Origin: Myxococcota bacterium
Lineage (GTDB): Bacteria > Myxococcota_A > SURF-8
Assembly (NCBI GenBank): GCA_965140415.1
Contig: OZ223209.1
Coordinates: 5,911,758 to 5,975,757, forward strand
Reading direction: 5' to 3'
DNA length: 64,000 nucleotides
Shown: positions 19,588-29,534 of the stretch, in pieces
Position numbering within the stretch: the first letter of the stretch is position 1
How the letters are laid out: each line of letters opens with the position of its first letter
Made by a program: the position numbers and the translations under genes
Notes under the pieces: generated by a model
Told to the model about the DNA's origin: nothing
Seen by the model: the letters and a program-made list of their open reading frames with translations, nothing else
Database searches by the model: none

Positions 19588-20763
19588 CTGCCGAACCTAT
19601 ACGTTATCATCGTTGCTGGTGGCTCCGGTTCGCGCGTAGGCGGATCGATCCCCAAGCAGTTTCTGTCTTTGCGAGGACGTCGGATTCTGGATTGGAGCCT
19701 GAGTACGTTCGACTCCATCCCGGAAGTGCGTGGCATTGTGGTTGTCGTTCCCGAAGAATTCGTGGAGGAAACCCAGAACCGCTTGAACGAAGAGAAAACG
19801 ACGGAAAAGCTGATCGCCGTTCTCGCAGGCGGCGGACGACGCCAGGAGAGCGTCCTGGCCGGACTGAAAGCCCTGCCACATCATGCCGAATGGGTAGCCG
19901 TTCACGACGCCGCCCGGCCCTTCGTCACCACCCAGTTGATTTCCGCCACGTTCTCCCTGGCCCAGCACATCGGTGCAGCCATTCCCACTGTTGCCATACA
20001 CGATACTCTGGTGCAGGTGGATGAGTTCGGCCAGCTCGTGCGTCCCATTTCCCGTAACGCCATCAAGCGTTCGCAAACGCCGCAGATTTTCGCTCTGGAG
20101 ATTCTGTCGGACGCACATACGCGGGCGGCGGACGATGGCCTGGTCTTCACCGACGACGCCACTCTGGTCAACTATTACGGTCACAAGGTGGGTACCTTCG
20201 CGCATTACGGCGAAAACCGCAAAATCACCACCCCCCAGGATCTGGAGAAAATCACCATGCAGAAATCTGCGCAAACCGGCGTGATTCGCACGGGTCAAGG
20301 TTTCGATGCACATCCTTTCGACGAAGACCGCCCACTGTTATTGGCTGGGGTTCATTTCAACGGTCATAAAGGGCTAAAGGGTCACAGCGACGCCGACGTC
20401 ATTTCCCACGCCATCTGCGACGCCGTACTGGGTGCGGCAGGGCTGGCGGATATCGGACACTATTTCCCTTCAACCGATCCCGCTTATGAAAACGTATCGG
20501 GCTTGGTGCTGCTTAGCGAAGTGGCTCAGCTCGTCAATGAAAAAGGCTTCGATATCAGTAATGTAGACGCAACCCTGATCGGGGAGAGTCCGCGTATCGG
20601 CACGCGCCGCGAGCAGATGTGCGAAAAGGTGGCCGCCGCGCTGTCGATCGATTCCGACTGTGTCTCCATCAAAGCCAGCACCACCGAGAAAATGGGTTTC
20701 ACCGGTCGCGAGGAAGGCCTGATGGCCTTATCCGTTGCGACTTTGATTGTACGAGGAGAATGA
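19588..20763 (+). CDS. ispDF: Bifunctional IspD/IspF (MEP cytidylyltransferase / MEcDP synthase), probable CTG start
   Basis: IIVAGGSGSRVGGSIPKQF (upstream of the ORF-track start), HDAARPF, QTPQ, TDD, GQGFDAH, GHSDADV, KASTTEKMGFTGREEG. Confidence 0.93.
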   Translation: MPNLYVIIVAGGSGSRVGGSIPKQFLSLRGRRILDWSLSTFDSIPEVRGIVVVVPEEFVEETQNRLNEEKTTEKLIAVLAGGGRRQESVLAGLKALPHHAEWVAVHDAARPFVTTQLISATFSLAQHIGAAIPTVAIHDTLVQVDEFGQLVRPISRNAIKRSQTPQIFALEILSDAHTRAADDGLVFTDDATLVNYYGHKVGTFAHYGENRKITTPQDLEKITMQKSAQTGVIRTGQGFDAHPFDEDRPLLLAGVHFNGHKGLKGHSDADVISHAICDAVLGAAGLADIGHYFPSTDPAYENVSGLVLLSEVAQLVNEKGFDISNVDATLIGESPRIGTRREQMCEKVAAALSIDSDCVSIKASTTEKMGFTGREEGLMALSVATLIVRGE

Positions 20764-21437
20764 TGGCCAATAGCGAAAACAGACTGCCCGACGAACCCGA
20801 GCAGGAGGAAGTGGACGCCGAGATGCAGGCGCAGCAGGAGGAAATGGAAGAGGAGTGGTACGACTCCGATCCGACTCCAACGCCGGTCAAGCGTCAACGT
20901 CCGGTCTGGGTTGGCTTTGTGGCCATCCTATTGTGTTGTTACTTCCTCTGGTCGCTGCTGCCCGACCTGTTTTACTTTTTCGTTCATGGCGAGCCGACGG
21001 ACATGGGCAATGGTGTTGAGTTCACCGGCACCGATCTGCCCGACGATTCCTACGTCACGATCACCGGTATTCGCAATCCTTCGCGCGGCATTCACCTGAA
21101 TGCGGCGTTTCGGGATCGCAACCTGTTCCAGTTGATGGGAACCCGGCTGGTGTTCATCGAAACCATCGTCGAGACGGACAAGAAACGAGAAGGACTGCAC
21201 GAAGAAGTATTCAGCGGGCGCTTACGGCGCTTCAACTCGCTGCCTTATGCCCAGACCCTGGCCGATTTTGCCGCCTTCAATTTCGGAATCGAAATCGAAG
21301 ATCAAGCGGTGGTCATCCAGGCGGGCGAACAACCGAAAGACATGTGGTATGCCGCGTTGTTTGCGGGACTGCTCCTGCTCGTCATCCTCGCCAACGTGGC
21401 ATTGATCGTCCGTCGCCTGAAGGCACGCAAAGGCTAA
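20760..21437 (+). CDS. Hypothetical membrane protein (acidic N-terminus, two TM segments)
   Basis: ATG overlaps the ispDF stop (ATGA) after ggagaa; two hydrophobic helices flank a soluble domain. Confidence 0.8.
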   Translation: MMANSENRLPDEPEQEEVDAEMQAQQEEMEEEWYDSDPTPTPVKRQRPVWVGFVAILLCCYFLWSLLPDLFYFFVHGEPTDMGNGVEFTGTDLPDDSYVTITGIRNPSRGIHLNAAFRDRNLFQLMGTRLVFIETIVETDKKREGLHEEVFSGRLRRFNSLPYAQTLADFAAFNFGIEIEDQAVVIQAGEQPKDMWYAALFAGLLLLVILANVALIVRRLKARKG

Positions 21438-21505
21438 GCGCCCCAACAAACCAAGCGCATCTCTTGGTGATAAAGAGATGAAATTACAGGATATGAAAGG
21501 CATTT

Positions 21506-22984
21506 GTGATGACCTTGAAAGTATATAACACCCTGACTCAACACAAGGAAGACTTCGTTCCCATCAATCCACCCAAAGTGGGCATGTACGTTTGCGGCGT
21601 GACGGTCTACGACCTGTCGCATATCGGCCACGCACGGGCGACCATCACTTTCGATGTCGTCTACCGTTACCTGAAACACATCGGTTACGACGTAACCTAT
21701 GTACGCAACTTCACGGATATCGACGATAAAATCATCAAGCGCGCCAACGAACTGGAAATCACCACCGGCGAACTGACGCAGAAATACATCCAGGCGTTCA
21801 GCGACGACATGGCCGCGCTGCGTCTGCAAACGCCGGATCTGGAACCGCGCTGCACCGAATACGTGGAAAAGATGATCGGGTTTATTTCGACGCTGGTCGA
21901 GAAAGGCCACGCCTACCCGACCGCTTCCGGCGACGTGTACTATCGCGTGCAGAGCTTCAAAGGCTACGGCAAACTGTCCAAGCGCAATCTGGACGATCTG
22001 GAGGCGGGCGCACGGGTGGAAATCAACCCGGAAAAAGAATCGCCGATGGACTTTGCACTGTGGAAAGGCAGCAAGCCCGGCGAGCCGAAGTGGGAGTCTC
22101 CCTGGGGCGAAGGCCGTCCCGGCTGGCACATCGAATGCTCGGTGATGAGTACCACGAATCTGGGGTTGAGCCTGGATATCCACGGCGGCGGCAAGGATCT
22201 GGTCTTCCCGCACCACGAAAACGAAATAGCACAGAGCGAAGCCTATACCGGGCAGGAATACGCCAAATACTGGCTGCACAACGGTTTCGTCAACGTTCCC
22301 AGCCAGGGCGATCCGGGCGGCACCAAGATGTCGAAGTCGCTTGGGAATTTCTACACTATCCGCGACGTGCTGGCGGCTTATCATCCGGAAACGGTGAAAT
22401 TCTTCATGCTCAGCACGCACTATCGAAACGACGTGCTCTTTACCGAGGAGCAGTTGAATAAAGCCCAGGCGCGCCTGAGTTATCTGTACGAAACCATGGC
22501 GAAAGCCGACGCCTTTGTGGCCGAGCACGACGGCGAGGGTGGCCAGTTGATCGCGAACAGCAAAGCCGAAAACGTGTTGAGCGATTTTCAGGCGGCGATG
22601 GACGACGACTTCAACACGCAACGCGCCTTCGGGCAGCTCTCCGGCGTGTTCAAGCAACTCAACGAGTTGATCAACAAGCAAGAGCATCCCCTGCCCGACC
22701 GCGTGGTGACCATCGCTCGCTTGTGGGAAGAGTTGCGCACCGTTTCCGAAGTGCTGGGCGTATTCACCATGCAGCCGCAGCAGTTCGAACAAGACCTGAA
22801 ACTGCTGCGCTGCAAGCAGTTGAACATCGACCCGGACGAAATCGAGAATCTGATCGCCCAACGCAACCAGGCACGCGCGGAAAAGGATTGGAGCAAGGCG
22901 GATACCATTCGCGATGAACTGGCGGCGAAAAAGGTCGTGATCAAGGATTCGAAGGACGGAACGAGCTGGACCGTGCAGTCATAA
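21506..22984 (+). CDS. cysS: Cysteine--tRNA ligase
   Basis: MYVCGVTVYD, HIGH, GRPGWHIECS, HGGGKDLVFPHHENE, KMSKS. Confidence 0.98.
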   Translation: MMTLKVYNTLTQHKEDFVPINPPKVGMYVCGVTVYDLSHIGHARATITFDVVYRYLKHIGYDVTYVRNFTDIDDKIIKRANELEITTGELTQKYIQAFSDDMAALRLQTPDLEPRCTEYVEKMIGFISTLVEKGHAYPTASGDVYYRVQSFKGYGKLSKRNLDDLEAGARVEINPEKESPMDFALWKGSKPGEPKWESPWGEGRPGWHIECSVMSTTNLGLSLDIHGGGKDLVFPHHENEIAQSEAYTGQEYAKYWLHNGFVNVPSQGDPGGTKMSKSLGNFYTIRDVLAAYHPETVKFFMLSTHYRNDVLFTEEQLNKAQARLSYLYETMAKADAFVAEHDGEGGQLIANSKAENVLSDFQAAMDDDFNTQRAFGQLSGVFKQLNELINKQEHPLPDRVVTIARLWEELRTVSEVLGVFTMQPQQFEQDLKLLRCKQLNIDPDEIENLIAQRNQARAEKDWSKADTIRDELAAKKVVIKDSKDGTSWTVQS

Positions 22985-23061
22985 ACGCACGGATGTCTTG
23001 ACAGCCAGGCAAGTGGTTAACGAGCGGGCCTTCGGGCCTGCTCGCTTTAGAAAGAAGTGCA

Positions 23062-24153
23062 ATGAATATCATGACGGTCGTCGGCGCACGACCCAACTTC
23101 ATCAAGATGGCGCCTTTACTAAGAGAGCTGCAAAGCCGGGGTATCGGGCATACCCTGGTCAACACCGGGCAGCACTACGATGGACAGATGAGCCAGGTCT
23201 TTTTTCAGGATCTGCATTTACCCGAGCCCGATATTTCTTTGGGCATCGGCAGCGCTTCGCATGCGGTACAGACCGCCGAAACCATGATTCATTTCGACGA
23301 AGTGCTCCACGATCTGAACCCGACCTGTGTGGTCGTTACCGGCGGCGTCAATTCCACGCTGGCCTGTGTGCTCACTGCCGCCAAGCTCGGCTATCCGGTG
23401 GCGCATCTGGGTGCGGGAAAACGTCACTTCAACCGCAAAATGCCGGATGAAATCAACCGCATCGTCAACGATCACCTGACCGATGTGCTGTTCACCTCGT
23501 CCGAATACGAAACGAAAAACCTGATGAACGAAGGCGTGCAGCGGGCGCGCATTCATCAGGTCGGCAACATCCTGATCGACGCTCTGCTGGCGTTTCGCGA
23601 GCGCGAGGAAAGTTCCACGATCCTTTCCAAGCTCAACCTGCAACCCAAGCGCTACGGCGTAATTACCATGCACAAGCCGTCCAACGTCGATGACGCCTAC
23701 CAGCTTGAACTGATGGTCGGCGCGTTGGAACGCATCGCCACGCGCATTCCGCTGGTTTTTCCGGTGCATCCGCGCACGGCGCTGATGTTGTCGCGTTACA
23801 ACCTGGAAGGACGCCTGACCCAGAATGAAAACATCCACGCCATCGATCCGTTGGGCTATATCGATTTTCTTGCGTTGATGAGCGCCAGTTGCATGGTGTT
23901 GACGGATTCGGGCGGCGTGCAGGAAGAAACCACGGTCATGGGCGTTCCCTGTCTGACCATGATGGAGCATACCAACCGACCGGCCACCGTGGTCATCGGC
24001 ACCAATCACACCATCGGACAGATGCCGGAAACCATCATTTCCGCCGCCTTCAAGATTTTGGATGGCAAAGTCAAGCAGGGGCATATCCCTGAAAAGTGGG
24101 ATGGACAGACCGCAAAGCGCATCACCGATGTGCTTTTGCAATATTTCAGCTAG
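23062..24153 (+). CDS. wecB: WecB-like UDP-GlcNAc 2-epimerase homologue with substituted catalytic residues
   Basis: VVGARPNFIK, TGQHYD, PVHPRT, TDSGGVQEE, WDG motifs; but GGVNST, AHLGAGKR and PDEINR differ from the canonical motifs. Confidence 0.85.
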   Translation: MNIMTVVGARPNFIKMAPLLRELQSRGIGHTLVNTGQHYDGQMSQVFFQDLHLPEPDISLGIGSASHAVQTAETMIHFDEVLHDLNPTCVVVTGGVNSTLACVLTAAKLGYPVAHLGAGKRHFNRKMPDEINRIVNDHLTDVLFTSSEYETKNLMNEGVQRARIHQVGNILIDALLAFREREESSTILSKLNLQPKRYGVITMHKPSNVDDAYQLELMVGALERIATRIPLVFPVHPRTALMLSRYNLEGRLTQNENIHAIDPLGYIDFLALMSASCMVLTDSGGVQEETTVMGVPCLTMMEHTNRPATVVIGTNHTIGQMPETIISAAFKILDGKVKQGHIPEKWDGQTAKRITDVLLQYFS

Positions 24154-24228
24154 CTGTCAGATACGCCAGAAGTAATCGTAACCAGAGTGATTCCTGATCG
24201 TTTCAAGAGATACATATTTCTTGATTTC

Positions 24229-24490
24229 TGTAGCGGCGAGGCGTAAGCCCGCCGTTTTAGAGTAGGTATTACTCATTTCTGTCCATCGAGTAATCACGAT
24301 GTGCCATGGTCTCACGGAATGGAAATTCCGGGAGGCCGTGTGTAACTTATTGAAGACACACAGCCTTCCACGATCTTCGATCGCGTAAGACTATGGCACA
24401 CATTATTCAAATTAATGGCTAAAAATGATTAAGAACCGTTTTAAAGGTGTTTTTCGGCGGGCTTACGCCTCGCCGCTACAACAAGACATC
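24229..24490. repeat. Nested mosaic: inverted pair of family-B GTAG repeats enclosing half a family-D hairpin, a TIR-bounded 100-bp element (E) and motif C
   Basis: tgtagcggcgaggcgtaagcccgccg (24229) and its reverse complement (24455); gtgccatggtctcacg...cgtaagactatggcac (24301-24399); gctaaaaatgattaagaaccg (24418). Confidence 0.88.
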
Positions 24491-24497
24491 ACTAGTA

Positions 24498-25421
24498 ATG
24501 AATAATAATTCTAAAAACACTTCTGCGCTCTCTGCTGCACAACAGCGCTTCGTTCGGGGCGAGCTGGCCCGGCGGCAACTGTTGCAGATCGCCTCGCGCC
24601 TGCACATGCAGGGCATACGACTGATTCCCATGAAGGGTGTGCTGTTTCGGCATCTGCTCTACGACGATCCCGCCGAGCGCGACCTGACCGATCTGGACCT
24701 GTTGGTGCATCCCGCCGATTTCGAGCGGGCCGCTTCCGCGCTGCAAACGCTGGGGTATCGCTGTGAACGAAACGCCAGGGCGCGCTTGCGTTTCGGGGCC
24801 TATATCGAACGCGCCTTTAGTAGACCCGCAGCACTGACCGTCGATCTGCACGCACAACCCGCCACCGGCCACGGTGCGGCCCAATACACCCAGAAGTTGT
24901 TTACTGATGCGATGGCCGGAGAAGCTCCGTTTCATCGACCGAATATTTTAATACCTGCTCCCGAACACTTGCTGGTCATGATGGCCCTGCATCTGCGCGA
25001 TCACGGCCTGCGCATCGAGTCCTACCAGCTAAACGACGCCCACCGCCTGTTGCGTCGTCTACATCCCGACCTCGCCGCTTCCGCCAGCCTGGCCGAGCTT
25101 GCAGGCGCCAGAGTCGCACTGGAACTATTATTGGATCTGGTAAAGGATGCAACGACCGAACACGAACGCCTGCGCCTGACGTTACATCAACAAATCAAAC
25201 GACGTCTGCTGCAAACCGTCACCGAACGCGACGAGTGCGGCTATCGACCACCGCATCCAATCGGAACCCACGGCGTGGGAGAGCGCATCTGGCGTTTGGG
25301 TCTGCATCTGGTATTGGCCAGAGACGGCCTGCTGGAGTCCGCGTTGTCTCAAAGCGAGCACGTCGCCTACGAACTACGCACCTTGTTCGACCTGGTACGC
25401 AAGCACGCCCAAAACGGCTGA
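24498..25421 (+). CDS. Nucleotidyltransferase-family protein (NTP_transf_5-like)
   Basis: IPMKG...LLYDDPAERDLTDLDLLV...VDLH pattern. Confidence 0.8.
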   Translation: MNNNSKNTSALSAAQQRFVRGELARRQLLQIASRLHMQGIRLIPMKGVLFRHLLYDDPAERDLTDLDLLVHPADFERAASALQTLGYRCERNARARLRFGAYIERAFSRPAALTVDLHAQPATGHGAAQYTQKLFTDAMAGEAPFHRPNILIPAPEHLLVMMALHLRDHGLRIESYQLNDAHRLLRRLHPDLAASASLAELAGARVALELLLDLVKDATTEHERLRLTLHQQIKRRLLQTVTERDECGYRPPHPIGTHGVGERIWRLGLHLVLARDGLLESALSQSEHVAYELRTLFDLVRKHAQNG

Positions 25422-26792
25422 TTACTCTGCTTCAAGCTCCGTCTTTTCTTCAGAATCAGAATTCGATGTGGATGCGGCGTTAGCGGCTGCCACTCTCGCG
25501 AATCGCTTTTCCCGTTTTGCATGTTCTTCGGCAGCGATCAACACGCCACAAATCGCGAAAAACAGGTAGGTAATCGGCAGTTGCCGCCAGATCCATTCCA
25601 ATAGCCCATGAATGTGCAGCGCGGTGAATCCGGCGAAAATCCCCAAACCGATGGTCGTGTACATCGTCGGGGGACGTGCCAGCGCTAGCTTGAATGCAGG
25701 CCAGTAGAAAACGAACAGCAACATCAGAAAGGCGAACAAACCCGGATAACCGGTCTCGGCGGCGAACAGGTTGTAAATGTGATGGCAAACGCCCGCGCGT
25801 TCCGCTTCCAGGTTGAAATACTTGGCGTATGCACGCAGCTCGCTGACCGCGTAATAGTAATTGTTCAAACCGACACCGAAAAGATGATCCGCCGCCATTT
25901 CCCGCGCCGCGCCGTTTAAGTTGTCGCGTGTTTCACCGCTTTCGGCGGGTGCTTCGTTGAAACGCCGAATGATGCTGTCGCTGGCTTTAACCGCACCGGC
26001 TAATGCCACCGCAATCAGAATGCCAATCACAACGGTTTTACGCGCCGTGACTTTCTGCCACAACGATCCACCCAATACCAGCGCCACCGCGCCGCCAAGC
26101 ATCACCAGTCCGCCGCGCGAAAAGGTACTGGTTACGCAGAAAAACCCGCCGACAATCGCCGCCCAGTACAGGATGTTTCGCTTTACCGGTTTGAACAGCA
26201 GCACCGCCAACAGGATCGGAAGCAGCATCTCCACATATATCGACAAGGTATTGGGATGCCAGAAGGTGCCCGTCACGCGATAAATACCCCAGATATATTT
26301 CTCTCGAAAAACGACCAGGGCCTGAATGAGTAGCGCCACGGCAAAGGTGGTGGCGGCCAGATCGAGATCCGCCGGGTCTTGCCGCAAGAAATTGTAGACG
26401 GTGATGTACATCATGAAGGCAAGCAGAAGCTGCACGAAAGTGAAAGAGGCGAATAACGGCAGGTAGGCGTTGATCATCGAAAGCGCGCCGAAAAACATGA
26501 ACAGCATAAACGCCCACGAATTTTTCGGAAACAGCTTTAACGAGCGATAGCGAGGCGAGATGGCCAGCCCGCCAAGCAGCATCAATGCAACCAGGTTACT
26601 GAGATCCACACTGATACCCCGCGCATCTCCCAGGTACCATTCATGCGGGAAAAACTTGATGCTGATATTCGCCACCGGAATCAGGATCATCGCCATAAAC
26701 AGCAAGCGGGCATACTTGTGCGAAATGGCCACAAGCATCGCGCCCAATGGCACACCAAACAACACGGCGACGGAGAATAAGGCGTATTTCAT
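25422..26792 (-). CDS. O-antigen ligase / Wzy_C-family membrane protein
   Basis: About 12 hydrophobic segments, GTFWHPN, TFSRGG, FGVGLNNY, HHIY...AETGYPGL. Confidence 0.85.
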   Translation of the reverse strand: MKYALFSVAVLFGVPLGAMLVAISHKYARLLFMAMILIPVANISIKFFPHEWYLGDARGISVDLSNLVALMLLGGLAISPRYRSLKLFPKNSWAFMLFMFFGALSMINAYLPLFASFTFVQLLLAFMMYITVYNFLRQDPADLDLAATTFAVALLIQALVVFREKYIWGIYRVTGTFWHPNTLSIYVEMLLPILLAVLLFKPVKRNILYWAAIVGGFFCVTSTFSRGGLVMLGGAVALVLGGSLWQKVTARKTVVIGILIAVALAGAVKASDSIIRRFNEAPAESGETRDNLNGAAREMAADHLFGVGLNNYYYAVSELRAYAKYFNLEAERAGVCHHIYNLFAAETGYPGLFAFLMLLFVFYWPAFKLALARPPTMYTTIGLGIFAGFTALHIHGLLEWIWRQLPITYLFFAICGVLIAAEEHAKREKRFARVAAANAASTSNSDSEEKTELEAE

Positions 26793-26802
26793 CTATTCCG
26801 TA

Positions 26803-29379
26803 TCAGGGTAATGGGCTGCGGTGCTCGCTTGCACCGGGAAGCCAGGTTTCAGGCGGCATCTGGTCGTTTCCCAATAACGCCGCAAACAATTTGATATTGG
26901 GCGCATAATCGCCCCAGACCGTCGATTCGTTACACACCACCAGCGTGCGGACATCCCCGTAGCGTAACGCCGGAGGAAGCTGACGCATGGGCGGATAAAA
27001 GGCTTTGATCGCCGGTTGCGAATAGCGCGGATTGGGTGGACCGTTTACCGGACCGAACACGGGAATTCCCGGCATCGGACCCAGCCCGCGCTTGATGAAT
27101 ACCAACGAGTCGAGATGCAGCGGTTCCTGCACCGGGCGACTGCCCAGGCCGGTATAGTAGACCATACCCAACGGATTGCAACCCAGAATATAATCCGCCG
27201 TCAACGACAAGGCATCGAAAAGCGCCTGTTTTTGCGTGGCGTTCAATCCTCCCAGCCGTAACGCCGCCACCGCCACTTCCGCATGGCGTCCCAAGCTTGC
27301 ACCCGCGCCCCAATCGAAGCTGCCGTTTTCGCGACGAGGATTGCGATGGGCGTGGGCATTCGCCACCGTATCGATCAGGCCATCGGTAAACTGCGGCATC
27401 CACTTGTTGTACAACGCCTTGATATCCCCGGAAGCTTTCTGGCTGGTAAGATAGGCCAAGAGGTAATCGACCATGGCGAATGCAGTTTGCGGATTGTCCA
27501 TGGCCTCGCGATAGGAGTTGGGGTTAGGTTGATCGAAGAGCCGCATGCGATTGAAAGCACCGTAAGGCCCCATCTTGCTCCATGACGCATCGAAGGTGTT
27601 TCGATACTGCTCCTCACCGGTTAACAACAGCAATTCGCCGGAAGCATACAGCAGATCCGCCGGAGCGGCGTTGTTCGCGACGGCATACTTGTAAGCGCGT
27701 TTGGCGCGTTCGGTCAGTTTGTCGGATCGCTCGCGCTGATAGAAGCGTGTTAACCTCGCCGCCTGGGCAAAAAGCCCCGCCGCACGCGCCGTTACGTTGG
27801 CACTAACAGAATACGTCCAGTAAGGCAGCGGATCTTTGTCTGCGGGATAAATCCCCCAAGGATGACGATTGGATTCCACACCCTGCCGCACCGAACCATC
27901 TTTTTCCTGCAACTGCTCCCAGGCCAAAACTCCCCACAGGGCTTCATCCAGCAGATCGGGTACACCGTTGCCGCTTTCCGGCAACGTCAGTTGACCATCT
28001 TTAAAACGGTAGGATCGCAGTTCGAAGGCGCTCATCAGTAACATGGGAACCACGGTGTGCATCGGGCGCTGGTCGAAATCACCGGCATCGTGATAGCCGC
28101 CTGCAAGCGGGCGCTTTCCCGTTTTAGGTTGGCCTTTCGGATACATGCTTAAAAAGTCCACCTGCTCGCCGGTATACACGAAGGGATGATCCACGGCGCG
28201 CGTCCAGTCGGTACTCTTGGCATTCAAGTCTCCGCCCCAGCGATTGTGAAACAAGCCGCGCGTCGCCACATAAAACGCTTTGAAAGCGGCGCGTTCACTG
28301 ACCGCCGTCGGGTAACTGACACCGATCCCAGGCAGACGCACCCGGTAGCGCAGCGTTTCACTGGCTTGCAAACCGGACAGGCGAATCTGCATCACCGGTC
28401 CGTAGGCATCGGCATCATTATCGCGCCGAAGTTGTAGTCCCAAGCCGCTTAAAACGGATCGACGAGCAACCAGCGGATTCTCGGAATCGGCCAACACTTC
28501 CGCCATTTTGGGAAAGGAAACGAGATCGATCGCCGCCCCATCTCCCATGTAGCCATACACATAAGCATAGCGCTTTTTCGCGCGTGGGTTGTAGCCTACC
28601 TGGTTGACCTGAATCACCGGCGTCTGTAGATAACGATCCGAAAACGGCAGCACGACGTTCACAGCATTGGGACCGCGCAGACGTAGAATTTCGGGGCTGC
28701 CAATCGGTTCGTTCAGCACCAGAAACAGGCGATGCTCCACATCGATCACCTCGTCGCTGGCAGGCGCACCGAATCCGATCTTGTAGTTCGGCGCTCCCAC
28801 CGGTACACTGTGACGGTAGATCTTCTTCACCTGCAATTCACGGCCATCGGCTCGTGTCACCGTCCAGTGGCCACTCTGCCAGCCGGGACCATCGCCACCG
28901 AAGAACACCACTTGCAGAATATGCGGAGCCACCACGGCAACCTGCTGCAATGCATCGTCCAGTTTGGCTCGCACACCGCCAACGGTTTCAATAGCGGTTG
29001 TAGCCAGTTGCAAGGCTTCACCCTCACCGCTTTGTACCTGCACAAAGGCAAGCACTCCGGCTGCAAGTCCTTCGATAGTAAGTGTTTTGCCGGTCCTTTT
29101 GACCCCTTCAAGCTCCAGGCGCAGCGCTGCCGGTTGATCGGTTTTTTTTGGTGGTTCGGATGCGATGAAAACGCGTGGCGTACCTGTAAAACCGGAGTAC
29201 TTCAGCGTGACGCTGGATGACGTTTGCTGTAAGACGCTCAGTGTCGGTTTGCTTGGTTTGCCTTCTTCTGCCTGTAGAGATGCAATATTGAGAAACAGGA
29301 AAACAAGAATAAGCCAGTGTCCGACACAACGGAAATTTCGTTTCGACATTGGAAAAAAGTGTTTTCGATCACGTTGCAT
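26803..29379 (-). CDS. Secreted glycoside hydrolase family 9 protein
   Basis: Signal peptide, IQVNQVGY (CelD-N), GGYHDAGD, PESGNGVPDLLDEA, YILGCNP, C-terminal NE motif. Confidence 0.88.
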   Translation of the reverse strand: MQRDRKHFFPMSKRNFRCVGHWLILVFLFLNIASLQAEEGKPSKPTLSVLQQTSSSVTLKYSGFTGTPRVFIASEPPKKTDQPAALRLELEGVKRTGKTLTIEGLAAGVLAFVQVQSGEGEALQLATTAIETVGGVRAKLDDALQQVAVVAPHILQVVFFGGDGPGWQSGHWTVTRADGRELQVKKIYRHSVPVGAPNYKIGFGAPASDEVIDVEHRLFLVLNEPIGSPEILRLRGPNAVNVVLPFSDRYLQTPVIQVNQVGYNPRAKKRYAYVYGYMGDGAAIDLVSFPKMAEVLADSENPLVARRSVLSGLGLQLRRDNDADAYGPVMQIRLSGLQASETLRYRVRLPGIGVSYPTAVSERAAFKAFYVATRGLFHNRWGGDLNAKSTDWTRAVDHPFVYTGEQVDFLSMYPKGQPKTGKRPLAGGYHDAGDFDQRPMHTVVPMLLMSAFELRSYRFKDGQLTLPESGNGVPDLLDEALWGVLAWEQLQEKDGSVRQGVESNRHPWGIYPADKDPLPYWTYSVSANVTARAAGLFAQAARLTRFYQRERSDKLTERAKRAYKYAVANNAAPADLLYASGELLLLTGEEQYRNTFDASWSKMGPYGAFNRMRLFDQPNPNSYREAMDNPQTAFAMVDYLLAYLTSQKASGDIKALYNKWMPQFTDGLIDTVANAHAHRNPRRENGSFDWGAGASLGRHAEVAVAALRLGGLNATQKQALFDALSLTADYILGCNPLGMVYYTGLGSRPVQEPLHLDSLVFIKRGLGPMPGIPVFGPVNGPPNPRYSQPAIKAFYPPMRQLPPALRYGDVRTLVVCNESTVWGDYAPNIKLFAALLGNDQMPPETWLPGASEHRSPLP

Positions 29380-29534
29380 AAACCCTCCCGGAGCGTGAAC
29401 CGCATCGATGTTGAGCTTACCGACTACGACCCGCTTGTTGTTGAAACGCTGGCATCATAACGTATGGGAAGTGGCAGTGGGAAGGGAAAAATACGGTTTG
29501 GATGACTGGAAAATGGATTTCATTTTAAGATAGG

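Noticed and set aside
21434-22861. 475-aa minus-strand ORF, and similar long antisense ORFs over nrdJ, wecB, moxR, flagellin and the CoA transferase
   Set aside because: Shadows of strongly supported genes, expected from GC3-biased codon usage
24498-25421. Lasso peptide/RiPP cluster suggested by the nucleotidyltransferase family
   Set aside because: No PqqD/RRE, B protein, cyclase or precursor nearby
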